Positions 1 through 10,300 of a stretch of DNA of 51,745 nt are shown piece by piece (within the stretch, counting starts at the first letter, position 1; each line of letters opens with the position of its first letter). Location: the NCBI RefSeq assembly GCF_004010195.1, contig NC_057718.1, forward strand, positions 13,104,201 through 13,155,945, read 5' to 3'. A program made the translations under genes and the position numbers. Below the pieces are notes generated by a model that searched no databases, was not told the DNA's origin, and saw only the letters and a list, made by a program, of their open reading frames with translations. This DNA is from Chiloscyllium plagiosum (Eukaryota).

Positions 1-148
1 ACATCTTCAGAGAGTTTGTGACTTCGGAGGAAACCTGCTGAGTTGTCAAGAACATTCTAACAGGTAAACATAAAATGTATTTATACCTTCAAATATCACA
101 ATTAAATGATGTGTTGGACTGGGGTGGGCAAAGCTAAAAATCATACAA

Positions 149-263
149 GAAGGATCCGGAGGGAGGTATAAGGGATCCTGAAGAAGGGCTTATGCCCGAA
201 ACGCGATTCTCCTGTTCCCTGGATGCTGCCTGACCTGCTGCGCTTTTCCAGCAACACATTTTC
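149..263 (+). mobile_element. Short Penelope-derived insertion with hammerhead-like core
   Basis: CTGAAGA-AGGGC-TTAT-GCCC-GAAA at 178-201, followed by the family tail ggatgctgcctgacctgctg. Flanked by the 17-bp TSD agctaaaaatcatacaa (132-148 and 264-280). Confidence 0.75.
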
Positions 264-853
264 AGCTAAAAATCATACAACACCTGGTTATAGTCCAACA
301 GGTTTATTTGGAAGTACAAGCTTTTGGAGCGCTGCTCCTTCATCAGGTAGCTAGTGGGGCAGGATTATAGGACATAGAATTTATCGTAAAAGATCAAAAT
401 GTCATACAACTAATGCAATGTGTTGAATAAAGCTAGATTGCTGTTAAGTCTTTAATCACTTAGAATGGCGATGCAGGTTTTAATTCATTAATATGTAAAT
501 CCCAGAACTTCTTTCAAGTCACAGTCCCGAGATAACTTAAAAGTTTTATGAAAAAAATGTGACATCTCAGCTCAGAGAATGCATTAAAGGTGTGGGGTTG
601 GAGTCTGTCTGTACCTCAACCTTGCGTGAGACTGGTTCTATTTCCAAAGTAGAAATTTATAAAATGTCACATGGACTGATTGCCTACAGATTGTGTGCTT
701 TTTGAACAAAATGGAATGTACCTGCAAATACAAATTGGAAATACAAATTCACCCCACAGACTTCTATGTGTGTGATGAAGAAACAGCACTCTGAAAGCTT
801 GTACTTCCAAATAAATCTATTGGACTATAATTTGGTGTTGTGTGATTTTTAAC
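264..853. mobile_element. Non-autonomous Penelope-like remnant with inverted pseudo-LTR ends
   Basis: About 266-347 (aaaaatcatacaacacctggttatagtccaacagg...ccttcatcagg) is the reverse complement of about 773-853 (tgatgaag...ggactataatttggtgttgtgtgatttttaac). Both ends carry degenerate TGATGA...GAAA cores. Confidence 0.65.
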
Positions 854-1854
854 AATAAAATGATGTATTTTAATATGTGTTAACAATTCATCATAGGTAC
901 ATGTCCTGTAAACGTAAGTTAACCCTCACATTGATCATGTTGAATTATTCATGTGCTTACTGTATTTTCCAAACGTTAAAATGCCATAATGAATTAAAAA
1001 CATAAAATAAGATGGCCCATGGAATCTCCAATTTTTGTTTTGTATATTGATGTAAATCAACTGACAGCTCTGGCTGTTAAAAATACCCTACTTTTGACAG
1101 TTGAGAAACAAAGCTTTTTCCCTTAATTGATTGACTGACACTCTGCATGGAAATGGAACACTATTCTGCACTGTCAGTTCAGATTATGTAAATGGAAGTT
1201 TCTGATATGACAATGATAGCCTTTATGAATGCTTGTCTATGTTTCAAAACTAATAATGGCTTCAGTTCAGTAGATGTCAGTAGTTTCAAAAACAGGTGAA
1301 ACTTTTAAGAGTTGTAACAACAGAAATGTGCATTTAATGTGGTTGGTTGATTGTCTGTATAATTAATTAGGCACCTAAAAGATTTATTTATCTTGCACTG
1401 GAGTAGTTTCAGTATACAGTGTGAATTCAGACTTTTACTGGATTGTTAGAGGTTCAAGTTCCTTTCCAGATTTTAAACTGTTCTTACTGCTATTGTATGG
1501 CTTCTGAAGACTATATACAATAATAATACTGATGTACAGCTATGAAAGATACATGGGGTCATGGAACTGGCATGGGGCAGCACGAGCAATCTGAGGGTGG
1601 CATTATGGGTGGATGAGGGGTTAGCTTTATTAGTCTTATGTTGGGAAGTGGGCTACTGCATGGAAAATCCAAGGTACATATCTGCAAGCACACTCTTCAT
1701 GCACACCATTGTAACTCACTGTGAACCATTCTGGGGCTTTGCATGGCCCACCAGGAGAAACTGTTGAAACTGATCAGAGACCATAAGGCACTCTCAGAGG
1801 ATTGCACATCTGTGATTAAATAACTGGGATGTAAACTGCTGGATCTCTGGGTAT

Positions 1855-2352
1855 TTTTAACATTTATTCATGGTATATGGGTTTCACTGGCTAAGCCAGC
1901 ATTTATTTCCCATTCCTGATTGCTCCTGAGCGGGTGATGGTCAGTCACCCTCTTGAATCACTGCAGTCCAATATGGTTCAGGTACATCCACAATAACAGA
2001 CTTTCATTCTTTTGACCCAGGATCAGGGAAGGAACAATAATATAATCTCACATCATAATGGTATGCAACTTTAGGGGAAACCTTAAGATGTTGCTGACCC
2101 AATGTTATTAGAGGAGTCTTGATGAGTTGCTACAGTCATCTTATAGATTCTAATTACTACTGATACGTTGCATCAATGGTGTATAACACAAATGTTTAAA
2201 GTGGTGGATGGTAGACCAATCAAGTTGGTTCTTTGCTCTGGATGGTATTGAGATTTTTGAGTGTCAGTGGAACTACGCACATCCAAGAATTCTTAGCCTC
2301 TGACCTACTCTTGTAGACAAAGTATACAGCATTTATATGGCTGGTTCAGTTC
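1855..2352 (-). mobile_element. Degraded 3' part of a non-LTR LINE, same family as 14330-14631 and 18688-19287
   Basis: ttcttagcctctgacctactcttgtagacaaag matches 14520-14555 (tcctagcctctgacctgctcttgtagccac). Confidence 0.55.
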
Positions 2353-3098
2353 AGAATCAGAGAGTCGTACAGCACGGAAACAGACCCTTTGGGCCAACTC
2401 GTCCACGCCAACCAGGTTTCCTAAGCTGAACTAGTTCCATTTGCCAATTTTGGCCCATATCCCTCTAAACCTTTCCAATCCATGTAACTATCCAAACATC
2501 TTTTAAATGTTATAATTGTTCCCTCATCTACCACTTCCTCTGGCAGTTCATTCAATATAAGGACATCCTGTGTGAAAAAGGTGCCCTCAGGTCTCTTAAC
2601 TCTTTCCCTTCTCACCTTAAATCTATGCCCTCTGGTTTTGGACTCCTCTACTCTGGGGGAAAAGACCTTGAGTATTCACTTTATCTCGCCCGCATGATTT
2701 TATAAACCTCTATAAGGTCACCCCTCAGCTTCCTACACTACAGGGAAAAAAGTCTCAGCATATCCACCCTTTCCTTATAACTCATATCTTTTAGTTTTAG
2801 TAATATTCTTGTAAAACGTTTTTGAATCCTTTCCAATTTAATCACACCCTTCCTGCAGCAGGGCAACCAGAATTGTAAACCGTGCTCCAAGTGCAGCTTG
2901 ATCAACCTTTTGTACAACCATTACGTGGTTCCAACTTTAGTACTCAATGTTCTGACTGATGAAGGCAATCGCACCAAATGCCTTCTTCACCACCCTGTCT
3001 ACCTGTGACGCCACTTCCAAGAAACTATGTGCCCCTAGGTCTCTCTGTCCAACAACACTTCCCAGGGCCCTACCATTAACTGTATAAGCCCTGCTCCA

Positions 3099-3315
3099 TT
3101 CTGGATCAGTGGTGCTGGAAGAGCACAGCAATTCAGGCAGCATCCGAAAAGCTTCGAAATCGACGTTTCGGGCAAAAGCCTGATGAAGGGCTTTTGCCCG
3201 AAACGTCAATTTCGAAGCTTTTCGGATGCTGCCTGAATTGCTGTGCTCTTCCAGCACCACTGATCCAGAATCTGGTTTCCAGCATCTGCAGTCATTGTTT
3301 TTACCTCGTTGATTT
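3099..3315. mobile_element. Palindromic Penelope-derived insertion with intact hammerhead core
   Basis: 3099-3180 and 3189-3270 are near-perfect inverted repeats. Flanked by the 14-bp TSD taagccctgctcca (3085-3098 and 3316-3329). Confidence 0.85.
3176..3212 (+). ncRNA. Minimal type I hammerhead ribozyme motif
   Basis: CTGATGA, then stem II A-GGGC-TTTT-GCCC, then GAAA-CGTC. This is the minimal Penelope-type HHR with a palindromic stem III. Confidence 0.65.
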
Positions 3316-5140
3316 TAAGCCCTGCTCCAGTTTGTCTTGCCAAAATGCAACACCGCTAATTTATCTAAAGTAAACTCTATCTGCTATTCCTCAGTCCACT
3401 GGCCCAGTTGATCAAGATCCCATTGTACTCTTCCATTATCTTCTTCACTGTCCACGATACCACCAATTTTGGTGTCATCTGCAAATTTACTAACTATGAC
3501 TTCTATATTCTCATCCAAATCAATTATATAGATGACGAACAACAATGGATCCAACACCAATTCTTGTGGTGCACTGCTGGTTACAGCATCCATTCTGAAC
3601 AACAACATTCTACCACCACCCTTTGTCTTCTACCATTCAGCCAATTTTGTACCCAACTGGCTAGTTCTCCCTGGATCCCACATCATCAAACCTTACTAAT
3701 CAGTCTACCACACAGAACCTTGTCAAAGACCTTGCTAAAGTCCATGTAGGCAATGTCTATCACTCTGACTTCATCTATCATCTTGGTCATCTCTTCAAAA
3801 AAACTCAATCAAGTTTGTAGGACATGATTTCCCTCGCTCAATGCCAAGCTGACTATCCATAACCAGTCTTTGCCTTTCCAAATGCATGGAGATCCTGTCT
3901 CTCAGTATTCTCGCCAACAACCTACCCCCCCACTGACATCAGGCTCACCAGTTTGTAGTTCCATGGCTTATCCTTGCAGCCTTTCTTAAATAATGGCATA
4001 ACTTTAGCCACCTCCAAGTCTTCCAGCATCTCACCCATGGCTATTGACAATACAAATAACCCCACTAGGGGTCTCACAATCTCTTCCCTAGCTTCCCACA
4101 ATGTAATGAGGTCCCAGAGACTAATCTAACGTTATGCATTTTAAAACCTCCTTTTCTCTAATGTAGACTCTTTTCAAAACATCATTATTTGTTTCCTCAT
4201 GTTCTCAACCTTCCATGTATTTTCCCATATTAAATACTGACATGAAATACTCATTTAGGATCTCACCCATTTCCTATGGTTCTATACGTAAATGGCTTTG
4301 TTGATCTTTAAAGGGCCCTATTCTGTCCCCATTTATTATTATTTTGCCTTTAATATACTTGTAGAATCTCTTTGGATTCTCCTTAACCTTATTTGCTAAA
4401 GCTACCTCTGGTTCCCTTTTTGCCCTCCTGATTTCCCATGTACGTGTACTCCTACACCGCTGATACTCCTCAAGGGATTCACTTGATCCCACCTGTTCAC
4501 ACCTGACATATGCCTCCTTATATTTCTTGACCACAGCCTCAATATCTCTAGTCTTCCAGTGTTCCCTACTCCTGCCATCCTTGTCCTTCACGCTAACAGG
4601 AACATGCTGTCCCTGAACTCTCGTTATGTCGTTTTTGGAAGCTTCCCACCTGTGAACAGTCAATGTTTGGAAGTTCCTGTCTAATACCATCAAAATTAGC
4701 CTTGCCCTAATTTAGAACTTTAACTTGAAAAGGCCTATTCTTTCCTATAACTATTTTTAAACTGATATAATCATGGTCACTATTCCCAAAGTGCTCCCGC
4801 ACTAACACATCAGTCACTTGCCCTATCCTCCTAGAGGAGTTAGAGTTTTGCTTCCTCTTGAGTCGTGTCATCTACAGATTGATTGAGGAAGTTTTCTTGA
4901 ACACAATTAACAAATTCCTCCCCATCCTAGTCTTTAACACTATGGCAATCCCAGCCTATGTTTGGAAAGTTAAAATCCTCTACTATTACAACCCTATTAT
5001 TCTACCGCTCCCTTTGTTCCTCAATTTGCTGCTGACCATTGGTGCAGGGGGGCTGCAGTACAATTCCATCAAAGTGATCACTCCCTTCTTATTTCTCCAT
5101 ATAGCTTCACTAAACATCCCTCAGGAATGTCCTAAGTACT

Positions 5141-5579
5141 GGCGCACGGTGACTCAGTGGTTAGCACTGCTGCCTCATAGTTCCAGGGGCACAGGTTAGA
5201 CTCCAACCTCAGGTGACTGTCTATGTGGCATTTGCACATTCTCCCAAATGTCTGCGTGGGTTTCCTCCGGGTGCTCCAGTTTCTTCCCACAGTTCAAAGA
5301 TGTGCAGTTAGGTGCATTGGTCAAGGAAAATGCAAAGTGATAGGGGACTGGGTGGGTTACTGCTCGGAGGGTCAGTGTGGACTTGTTGGGCTGAATGGAG
5401 GAGAAAGTGAGGACTGCAGATGCTGGAGACCAGAGTTGAAAAATGTGGTGCTGGAAAAACACAGCAGGCCAGGCAGCATCCGAGGAGCAGGAGAATTGAC
5501 GTTTCGGGCATAAGCCCTTCTTCAGAGGATGTTGGGCTAAATGGCCTATTTCCACATTGTCGGCATTCTAATTCTAATC
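5141..5579 (+). mobile_element. HE1-type tRNA-derived V-SINE with a nested hammerhead-bearing insertion at 5399-5529
   Basis: Box A-like gtgactcagtggttagc, box B-like ggttagactcc, V-domain tgcgtgggtttcctccgggtgctcc, tail ctaattctaatc. The nested insert is flanked by tgttgggct(g/a)aatgg (5384-5398 and 5530-5544) and has a minus-strand CTGAAGA...GAAACGTC core at 5498-5525. Confidence 0.85.
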
Positions 5580-5902
5580 CTACTGCAAAAATGCCACACA
5601 TCCCTCCTCTCGAGTCCACTTCTATCCTTCCTATTTCATCTATAGTCTGGAACATTGAACTGCCAGTCCTGTGCCTCCTGCAGCTATGTTTCTGTAATAG
5701 CTATAATATTCCAGTCCCATGTTTCCATTCATTCCCTGAAGTCATCCGTCTTACCTGTCAGGCCTCTTGCATTGAAATAAATGCAGTTTATTCATCAGTC
5801 TTCCCTAGTTCTCTGTATTCTTGCCTGCCTTGTCTATTTAACTTCCTCTCTTTAACTTCTCTACTGGCTTCAATTTTTTCTCTTGCCTCACTGCTATTCG
5901 GG

Positions 5903-6196
5903 ATTCTAGATTAGAGTGGTACTGGAAAAGCACAGCAGTTCAGGCAGCATCTGAGGAGCAGGAGAATCGATGTTTCCGGCAAAAGCCTTTCATCAGGAAT
6001 AGAGGCAGAGTGCCTGCAGGGTGGAGGGATATTTTATCTCTCCACCCATGCAGGCACTCTGTCTCTATTCCTGATGAAGGACTTTTGCCTGAAACGTTGA
6101 TTTCCCTGTTCCTCGGATGCTGCCTGAACTGCTGTGCTTTTCCAGCACCACCCTAATGTAGAATCTGGTTTCCAGCATCTGCAGTCCTCGTTTTTA
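5903..6196. mobile_element. Palindromic Penelope-derived insertion with hammerhead core
   Basis: Arms of about 130 bp (5902-6031 and 6035-6165) are inverted copies. Core ctgatgaaggacttttgcctgaaacgtt at 6071-6098. Flanked by the 17-bp TSD cctcactgctattcggg (5886-5902 and 6197-6213). Confidence 0.85.
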
Positions 6197-6259
6197 CCTC
6201 ACTGCTATTCGGGTCCCACCCCAATGCCACTTCTGTTTCTGCAGAGAGCAAATGCTTCC

Positions 6260-6535
6260 AATGGATTAATCTTGGCAAAAGATTTAAAAGGGACCTAAGG
6301 GGCAACATTTTCATGCAGAGGATGGTGCATGTATGGAATGAGCTGGTAGTGATGGAGGCTGGTACGATTACAACATTTAAAAGGACTCAAGAATAGAATA
6401 TGAATACAAACTGTTCATAGGGATATGGGCCAAATTCTAGCAAATAGGACTAAATTAATTTAGGATATCTGGTCAGCATGTACGAGTTGGACCAAAGGGT
6501 TTGTTTCCATGCTGTACAGCTCTATGACTCTATGA
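6260..6535 (+). mobile_element. CR1 3' fragment
   Basis: ttttcatgcagaggatggtg...tggaatgagctg, ggatatgggccaaa, and the tail ctctatgactctatga. Confidence 0.7.
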
Positions 6536-7349
6536 TCATCTGTTTCTTGCACTCAGCTTACTCTCTGCCCATGAAGAATCTAACTCCAATGGCCACCTGC
6601 TCTTCCACAGGAGGACTGCCCGCAAGGAGATGGCAGCCTCTCCATACTTGGATGGTGGGGAAAGTGAAAGGTGGGGAATTTGGTGAGGGAGCTGCTTTAT
6701 TAGTGCACAAACATCAGAAATGCCACAAAATCACCCAAAGAGAGCTGAACAAACAAAATTTGTTGCCCAAAACTACACAGAACAGTTGGTTGACCCTATT
6801 CCTAAGCTATGGATAAAGAAGTCCCTGGTAACAAGGATATGTTGGGAATCCAGTCTGATGTGGCTCCCCTCCTTATTTTTCCAATGTGTTCCCCACCCAC
6901 TCCCTGGCCTGTACACCACAGTGGAAAGAAAATTCCATTCATTAACTCTATTTCCCTCTCTACATTTGTTGCTGATCTGCTGAGTATTTCTGCTTTTAGG
7001 ATCTTCCTTTTTATTGAGAAAACCAAAGTGGCCAACAATTGGGGTGTGATTAGTAGAGTGCAGGAAAACTGAAATCTTTCTTTCCTGGTATAATTAACAC
7101 AAGGGTAAACAAAGTTAAGCAATAGAAAAATATCTACAACTGGACTGATGTCAGTATACACAAAGCTTAACGATGGAGTGGCAGAAGGAAGAAGCCAAGG
7201 TCATACAAGTGGAGACTTCAATATTTAAATATGAATGTCCCTGAGTTTGAATGTTTCTTTCATTAAATGAAAACAAATCAATCTTTAAATAGATATTACA
7301 TGTATCAAGGACTTAATATTTTTCAGGAAAAATAAGTTCATATAAAAAC

Positions 7350-7992
7350 CGCCGTATGGGTATGTTCACTGAGCTGGGAAGTTGATATGCAGACGTTTTG
7401 TCCCCTGTCTAGGTGACATCTTCAGTGTTTGGAGCCTCCTGTGAAGCACTGCTGTAGAAATTCTCTGGCTGTCCTCTGTTTAGCTTGTCCTTTGATTGTT
7501 GTGTTGTCCCAATTGAATTTGTGGTCCTTGTCATCTGTGTGTATGGCTACTAGGAACAGCTGGTCATGGCATTTAGTGGCTACTTGGTTTCATGGATGCA
7601 GATTGCTAGTTGCCTGCCTGTTTGACCGAAGCAATGTTTTGTGCAGTCTTTGCACGGAATCTTGCAAATTACGTTAGCCTTGCACATGATGAGTATAGGG
7701 TCTTTTGTTCTGATGAAGTTCTAGAAGCACAGCGCTCACCCATGGGTTCCATCAACAAACACGTAGACCCAATACACTGGCCACTACAACAAACTACCGG
7801 AATCGGCAACCGGAAGCAGCAGTAATGGAACCAAATAAATTCCAGAAGACAGAGTAAAGCAGCGCTTCACAGGAGGCTCCAAAGTACTGAAGATATCACC
7901 TAGACAGGGGATGAAAATTCTGCAAATCAACTTCCCGACTTAGCGAATATACCCACAACCACAGACAAGCTACAAATCTTTATGAAAATCTT
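7350..7992. mobile_element. Penelope-like element remnant with inverted pseudo-LTR arms and a GIY-YIG fragment
   Basis: About 7353-7453 is inverted relative to about 7858-7959. The internal minus strand is homologous to 45700-45930 (GIY-YIG region). Degenerate CTGAAGA...GAAA cores are present. Confidence 0.75.
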
Positions 7993-8039
7993 GATCATGT
8001 AAAAACTGTACAACAACGGAAAATATATGATGCTCTTAC

Positions 8040-8117
8040 AGGAGAAGGTGTTTCAGCTTTTTTATTCAGCTCTGCAGAAACCGCTTTTTCAGGATCAACT
8101 ACCCAAATCCTCAGTAC
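8040..8117 (-). CDS. CATSPERE: CatSper-epsilon-like coding exon; VLRIWVVDPEKAVSAELNKKAETPSP
   Basis: Acceptor atttgatttttag|, donor CCT|gtaaga, 78 nt, phase 0 to phase 0. The peptide resembles human LITVWAYDPESADPDELLGNAEEPS as recalled. Confidence 0.85.
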
Positions 8118-8230
8118 CTAAAAATCAAATATTGGCCAAATGACTATCAGCGAACCAGATAAAAACCTAAAAAAAAAATTTGAATGAAGAATAAATATCT
8201 ACATTTTTAACTTTTTGTTTAGTTACTTAC

Positions 8231-8300
8231 ATCCTTCTGGACAGATCTGTAAAGGAAGTCAAACTTCTCTTCATTTTCATCTTCATCGTCATATGTTAAA
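8231..8300 (-). CDS. CATSPERE: CatSper-epsilon-like coding exon; (S)LTYDDEDENEEKFDFLYRSVQKD
   Basis: Acceptor ttttgattgattgaccag|, consensus donor GAT|gtaagt, 70 nt, phase 2 to phase 0. A 113-nt intron separates it from the next exon. Confidence 0.75.
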
Positions 8301-8869
8301 CTGGTCAATCAATCAAAAGCAGGTGTCAGAATCATTTTTGTTACTCCATATTGCTTGAAATATAAATAGCCAGAAAAAGACATTTTGCAGGATACCACAA
8401 ATAAAAACAACTCTTGCCACTGATATTGATTGTAAAGCTAATTTTGCTCTCTTAGATGCACAAATGGTGATATAAAGCCATATAATGAATCATTCAATTA
8501 AAATCCAAATGCAAAATTGTAACTAGGTGAAATGACATTGGCACATTCAATATATAGAGTGCTAGACTGCATACCCATGTGTGATTATATACAAGATGGA
8601 AATTCCATGCTGAGAAGTTATGAAGTGGATTCTTAGTGATCTATCCCACAGTAAGAAATGATCAATGGTTAAGACAACCTGTGTCTCCATGCAGTATTTA
8701 TTTACAGCATGATGTCAGTTGATGCAAGGACAGTATAGAGTGGAATATATGCAAATATGAACATACAAACTATGAGTACAAGCAGACCAGCAGAAATATA
8801 CAATGCATCACTGAAACAGTCATTTCTTTTTGAAAAGTGATTTGCCTTTTTTATTTCACCTAGTAAGTG

Positions 8870-9790
8870 CTTTTACAACTCACTAGGATAGTATGCTGGA
8901 AATCAAGTCCCATTATTCCTGGAGTCATCATAAAAATTACAGATTTCATAAAGTCCTCAAAGTTCCCCCATTACCTGATTTTCCAGATCCAATTTGATAG
9001 AACGCACAGACCAGGTTTCTGTACTGAACAAGAATGACTGTTTCTTACAAGTAATTAAACTCTAGCTACAGATAGACACATATGAACCAGTGGCGTATAA
9101 CACTACTAGTGAAAACTCTAACCCCTTATAAATTCAACCTTACACAGCAACAACCAAAAGAGTAAAACAGGTTACATTCCCGATGAAGGTTTTATGCATG
9201 AAATGTTGACTCTTCTGCTCCTCGCATGCTGCCTGACCTGCTGTGCTTTTCCAGCGCCACACTGTTTGACTCAGATCTCCAGCATCTACAGTCCTTTCTC
9301 CTAAAATCGCTTACAGCAGAGGGCAAAAGCTAGAAAGATACTTAAGCAGTCTTTCCAGGTTCTTTTGATCCTTATGACTCTACTGCTGACCAGCACATTG
9401 CTTCAAAAGCTTCTATTAGTTGGTAAGAGACATCGGTGCCTGATTTACTTATAAAGGTGTCTGTCTTCTTGGTTAAATGTTACAGTTGGTACAGGAAAGA
9501 TAAACCATTTTTCTTCAAGTTTAACATTAGCATCTGCTTCTGAGCTACGAAAATCTGATACTTCTCTTTCTCTATAACTTGTTACCAGCTTCAAGGCTGT
9601 TCAGTTACCTGAGAAACAATCACACAGTTGTTTGCAGGCAAATGGTTTCTTTCATTCGATAACTGATCCAGAGGCCAATCAACTTGCAAATCAGAGTTGC
9701 ATCTGTACAGCTCCTTCGCCCTAAATCATCTGCAACTCAAACTTCAATTACTGATTGTTCAAACAGTTGATTATGTGATCCTTGGCACGA
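8870..9790 (-). mobile_element. Probable solo LTR of a Gypsy-like element with a nested hammerhead-family repeat (about 9177-9303)
   Basis: The minus-strand end gggacttgatttccagcatactatcctagtgagttgtaaaa resembles the LTR-like end at 14070-14113 (ggggcttgattgccagcac...gttgtaaca). The far boundary is approximate. Confidence 0.45.
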
Positions 9791-9794
9791 AAGA

Positions 9795-10300
9795 AAACGT
9801 AGAAACATTGAAAATGGGTGCAGGAGTTGGTCATTCAGCACTTCAAGCCTGCATCATCATTCAAGATGATCATGGTTGATCATCTAACTCAGTCACCTTT
9901 CCTCCTATATTATTTGAACCCTTTCACCCTCGGATGTAAACCTAATTCCTTCAATATTTTGACTTCAACCACTTTCCATGGCAGAGAATTCTGCAGGCTC
10001 ACCACTGTCTGGATGAAGAACGTTTTCCTCATCTTAGACCTAAATATCATAACTTGTATTCTTAAATTGAGACCTTAGGTTCCAGACTCCCCAGACATCA
10101 GGAACATTCTTCTTGTGTTTACCCTATCAAGTCCCATTAAAACTATATTGGGAGTTTCTACGAGATCCCTTCTCATTCTTCTAAATGCCAATGAATATAG
10201 TTCTATCTGATCCAGTTTCTCTTCAAATGTCAGTCCTGCCATGCCAGGAATCAGTCTTTGTTGCATTCCCTCCACAGCCAGAACAACCGTCCTCAGGTAA
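9795..10300 (-). mobile_element. CR1 3' fragment
   Basis: ORF 10075-10344 reads QRLIPGMAGLTFEEKLDQIELYSLAFRRMRRDL, the CR1 ORF2 C-terminus. Confidence 0.75.

Larger units (their letters stand above)
2355..6235 (-). mobile_element. Decayed CR1-clade LINE (RT and APE fragments) interrupted by younger insertions
   Basis: Minus-strand ORF fragments include VSKFADDTKIGG, QRDLGAH, KENPKRFYKYIK and the C-terminal WKGLEGYGP. The 3' tail ctctctgattc lies near 2355. Confidence 0.85.

Noticed and set aside
1..63. Exon-like end at the window start (plus strand HLQRVCDFGGNLLSCQEHSN|gtaaac, or a minus-strand acceptor at about 58)
   Set aside because: Too short, no recognisable homology, ambiguous strand, and no supported partner exons.
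961..1073. Possible next CATSPERE exon on the minus strand (tttttaacag|...|gtaagc; PELSVDLHQYTKQKLEIPW...)
   Set aside because: Splice signals are plausible and two frames are open, but neither resembles the expected NS..LS.Q...LGQ.P continuation. It cannot be supported without RNA data.
8975..9055. Minus-strand exon-like segment (LLVRNSHSCSVQKPGLCVLSNWIWKI) with an ag...gtaatg boundary
   Set aside because: It lies within an LTR-like repeat, is preceded by an in-frame stop, and exon 23003-23091 already supplies the homologous, phase-compatible sequence.
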